64,000 bases of DNA. Source: a virus. Location of the stretch: the IMG/VR virus record IMGVR_UViG_3300042398_000969, positions 105,423-169,422 of that record; one strand, 5' to 3'. The notes below the pieces were generated by a model. The model had not been told where the DNA came from. It searched no databases and worked only from the letters and a program-made list of their open reading frames with translations. The translations under genes and the position numbers were made by a program. Below are positions 60,943-64,000 of the stretch, piece by piece (position 1 is the first letter of the stretch; each line of letters begins with the position of its first letter).

Positions 60943-63780
60943 TTAGATATTTTCAAAAGAAGCACCTGTTGGAGTGATGATGAATTCTACATCAATAAAT
61001 TCCAATGCTCTTGTAGGTTTGATATAAATTTTACCTCTCAATGTGTTTGCATCAATATCTTCTGGATCGTTTGATACACTTACACGGAAGTCATATAAAC
61101 CTCTTTCTTTCTTAATTGACTCAAGAATTGGATTAACCAATCTTAAGAATTCTTGTCTAACTTGCTCATCGTTTTGTTCAAACAATAATCTTACAGCTAC
61201 TGCAGAAATTAACTTTCTAGCTCTTAATAATAATCTTCTCACGTTGATTCTATCTAAAGCTGATTCTCTAACTTGTAACGTTTTGTTACCCCAGATAATT
61301 GTACCTGTATCAGAGAATGTTGCAATAGGGTTGATTCTAGCTTTGTAAAGATCATCTCTTTCATCAAGAGTAAGTTTCTTTTGAGCTTTAATAGCGTTAA
61401 CAAGACCTCTTGAGTAACCAGCGACTGCAAACCAAGGGTAAGAAACATTATCTGTTAATGCAATGTTCTTCAATACTTCACCTGTTGGTGGAATGAAAAG
61501 TTGTGTTGCGTTATCAGTATCTCTTACTTGAATCCAAGGCCAATAAGTTGCTGAATAGTTACTATCAAGACCTAAATCATCTAGAGATGATATTGTTTCA
61601 TCTGCTGTTGTGTAATTAGGCGAGTTAACAATGTATAATGAGTCAGCTCTATCATTCTCAATAATATCAATTGCTTGATTTACTAAAGAACTGTGGTTAT
61701 TCCAATCAATACCTGGAGTTGCAAATATGTTAATATCTACTGCTTCAGGGTTTGCGTATGTTTCAATACCTTGTAAGAATGCATAGTAATCTGAGTTTCC
61801 AACAGCGTTGCTGAATACACCACCATTACCAGTGTGACCACTTACATAAGTTGACTTACCAAATATATAACCGTCACCATTTGTTCTAGTGTTTCTGTAG
61901 ATGTCCCATCCATCAAAACCACCAAATACTGGCATTGTGAATTTTCTATATGGTGTAGTTGCTAATTTACCTTTACTAGTTCCTTCTAAATCATATGCTG
62001 TTGTTTTAAACAAGTAATGACCAGTTATACCAGTTATTGTAGAAGCATTTGTTGATAAGTGGAAACCAAATGTGGCTCCAGCAGCATTACTGCTTTTAAA
62101 TTTCAACATATCTCTATCATATTCAAAGTGATTATCAGTAGAGAAACCTAAAGTAACTTTTTTAACTTTATCACCATTTGTTGTGTTTGGATTTCCGCTA
62201 GCATCATAATATAATACATCACCTGCATCATAATATTTTGTTTTATAAAGAATCTCGCCTATTTCAGATCTTGTTGTTACACCCTTGAAACCAGCTGGGA
62301 ATGCATCTGTTGGATGTTCTTCAGCTAAAACAAGCATAATATATTTAGATCTTAATTCGTATTCACCGTCAGATGTACCAACCTTTCTACCAACATAACC
62401 AGGTAGATCTGGATTCATTGTACATCTTGTAAACTTCTCCAAAACAACTGGATTTGCATCAGTATCATTAAAATCACGAACAAGAATATCAAATTCTGCT
62501 GTGTCAATGTCAATATTTGCAATTGTAATTTTAACCTCATAGTTAGAAGCGTCTCCATCTGATACAGTTAAGAAATTGAATAGATCGAAAACTTTTCCAC
62601 CTCTAACTTCAGAAACTACTGTTGATGATCCAGCCATATCCCATTGTGTAACAAAGTTATCACTTTCAGTTAAAACTTGTTCATCTGTACTTAAACCTCT
62701 AATTAAACCTTGTTCAAACAAGTTGTTTATTAAATTTGGATATACTTCATGAACATAAACTGGGTATTCAATAATATTCTTATCAAAAACATCTGTACCA
62801 AGTATTTTGGTAATGTATTTTGAAGAAGACATGTCAAATGAACAGTTAAAGCTATGTGCAACTGATGCAATATCAGTAACAGATAAGTTAAATTCAGATA
62901 ATGGGTTGGTATCAATAGTTGCTCCCGTAATTTGAACAGCTGTTGATCCAGTTACTCTATGTACAAGAGCATTTGATATGTATGAACCTCTAGATCTTAA
63001 TAAACATACAGTTCTACCAGCATAATCAGCATTTAATGAAGCTGAATACTTGTATCTTGTAACACTAAATGAAGATGCACCAGTTAAAACAAAAAGGTAT
63101 GAATAAACACCATGAATTGTTGAATCAGTAGAACCGCTTTTTACAAAGAAGTTGTTGTACCAGTTTTTGTTAGCATTTCCAATTGGTGATAATAACTGTG
63201 TTCCAGTTAATCCACTTGTTGCAGATGCAGGTACTGTACCGATTGTAAACCATCCGTTAACAGAGTATGCTCCATTAGAATTTGATCCAGCAAGAATATA
63301 ATCAGTAATTGATGTACCTTCTGTTGATGTTTTACCTGAAAGCTCACCATAGAATGTTGAACCTGTTATTGTTGTTAAAGATGTAGGATTTAATGTGCTA
63401 CCGCTTGTTGTTGGTGTACTTGTTAGATCAACAGTAACACCGCCTAATGTTTTAATTCCATAGGTTTTGCCTGGTTTGTAACCAGTTAATCCTAAAACTC
63501 TAGTTACAAACAATTGATTTGATTCTTGTAAATATGATTTAGCGACATATGGAAGTTCGTATTTTGGGTTACCATCTCCGTATTTTGCTGGACTGGTAGT
63601 ACCAAAATATGTTTTAAATTCGTCAAAATTAGAAATCAAGATTGGCTCGAATGCTGGACCTTTTAAAGTCTCACCTACTAGACCCAATGTTGTAACTCCA
63701 ACGCTTTGCGCTACGAATGTTAGATCCTTCTCTGATGTGTACACACCCGGAGACACGAATACTCTGTTTGAATTTGCCAT
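60943..63780 (-). CDS. Tail sheath protein (gp18-like) with an S/T/G-rich insertion
   Basis: SPGVYTSEKD, KGPAFEP, YWPW, PWFAVAG..RG, INPI, WGNKTL, RINVRRL, FEQND. Confidence 0.95.
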   Translation of the reverse strand: MANSNRVFVSPGVYTSEKDLTFVAQSVGVTTLGLVGETLKGPAFEPILISNFDEFKTYFGTTSPAKYGDGNPKYELPYVAKSYLQESNQLFVTRVLGLTGYKPGKTYGIKTLGGVTVDLTSTPTTSGSTLNPTSLTTITGSTFYGELSGKTSTEGTSITDYILAGSNSNGAYSVNGWFTIGTVPASATSGLTGTQLLSPIGNANKNWYNNFFVKSGSTDSTIHGVYSYLFVLTGASSFSVTRYKYSASLNADYAGRTVCLLRSRGSYISNALVHRVTGSTAVQITGATIDTNPLSEFNLSVTDIASVAHSFNCSFDMSSSKYITKILGTDVFDKNIIEYPVYVHEVYPNLINNLFEQGLIRGLSTDEQVLTESDNFVTQWDMAGSSTVVSEVRGGKVFDLFNFLTVSDGDASNYEVKITIANIDIDTAEFDILVRDFNDTDANPVVLEKFTRCTMNPDLPGYVGRKVGTSDGEYELRSKYIMLVLAEEHPTDAFPAGFKGVTTRSEIGEILYKTKYYDAGDVLYYDASGNPNTTNGDKVKKVTLGFSTDNHFEYDRDMLKFKSSNAAGATFGFHLSTNASTITGITGHYLFKTTAYDLEGTSKGKLATTPYRKFTMPVFGGFDGWDIYRNTRTNGDGYIFGKSTYVSGHTGNGGVFSNAVGNSDYYAFLQGIETYANPEAVDINIFATPGIDWNNHSSLVNQAIDIIENDRADSLYIVNSPNYTTADETISSLDDLGLDSNYSATYWPWIQVRDTDNATQLFIPPTGEVLKNIALTDNVSYPWFAVAGYSRGLVNAIKAQKKLTLDERDDLYKARINPIATFSDTGTIIWGNKTLQVRESALDRINVRRLLLRARKLISAVAVRLLFEQNDEQVRQEFLRLVNPILESIKKERGLYDFRVSVSNDPEDIDANTLRGKIYIKPTRALEFIDVEFIITPTGASFENI

Positions 63781-63906
63781 TGATAAATGTTTGGTTAAAT
63801 AATTTTATTCTTACCAAATAAATATCTTTGTTTTCAGCAAAGATTTCTCAAATTTTCTGTATTTAGATAGTATTTTATCCTTTTTTATCATTATTTATCT
63901 TTACAC

Positions 63907-64000
63907 ATGGAAAACAAAACTAAAAACGTAAAAATCAGTGAAAAACATCACGAAATGCTCAAATCTTATTGTGATAAGAAAGGATTAAAAATTTATAAAA
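63907..64000 (+). CDS. Small ribbon-helix-helix-like DNA-binding protein, truncated by the window end
   Basis: ATG at 63907: MENKTKNVKISEKHHEMLKSYCDKKGLKIYK..., a strand-helix-G-helix pattern; divergent from the sheath gene. Confidence 0.6.
   Translation, partial: MENKTKNVKISEKHHEMLKSYCDKKGLKIYK

Noticed and set aside
409-61348. Other short plus-strand or nested ORFs in the track (e.g. 409-597, 1090-1347, 57996-58604)
   Set aside because: They overlap well-supported minus-strand genes and have no motifs; typical shadow ORFs
906-63780. Alternative genetic code (stop-codon reassignment, as in some large phages)
   Set aside because: Genes are full length in the standard code, and TAG ends clpP, the recA-like gene and 45395-46039 at expected positions
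33934-63780. Bacterial contractile injection system (eCIS/tailocin) rather than a phage
   Set aside because: Tail genes are interleaved with a T4-like replication set (SSB, UvsX-like, helicase, primase, gp46/47, NrdAB), indicating a phage genome

Overview
A 64 kb, AT-rich (about 30% GC by eye) segment of a large, probably jumbo, contractile-tailed (myovirus-type) dsDNA phage. Every complete gene is on the minus strand. The host is most likely Bacteroidota: Bacteroidota-type ClpP and NrdA/B, SprB-like repeats, A-rich leaders without Shine-Dalgarno sites, and a TAnnTTTG promoter. In the direction of transcription (high to low coordinates) the order is: (1) tail sheath, tube, chaperone with a probable +1 frameshift extension, tape measure and two giant baseplate/hub proteins; (2) small unknowns, then SSB, RecA/UvsX, 5'-3' exonuclease, helicase and nrdB/nrdA; (3) baseplate wedge genes and a ~27 kb block of virion and adhesin genes with Pro/Thr linkers, Cys-strand repeats, cadherin and SprB repeats; (4) RuvC, primase, a PD-(D/E)xK nuclease, SbcD/SbcC and ClpP. 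Main candidates for new biology: a pervasive [S/T]-G-x-T motif largely confined to probable surface-exposed virion proteins (possible modification sequon); a scaffoldin-like system of single-Cys beta-strand modules and single-Cys N-terminal domains that could build a branched adhesin tree, with a nucleotidyltransferase gene inside the cluster; a parS palindrome near an 8-bp tandem array (possible origin); and three intergenic structured-RNA candidates, two of which share a core. No tRNA, rRNA, CRISPR array or IS element was seen. All calls come from motif reading by eye; no searches were run.
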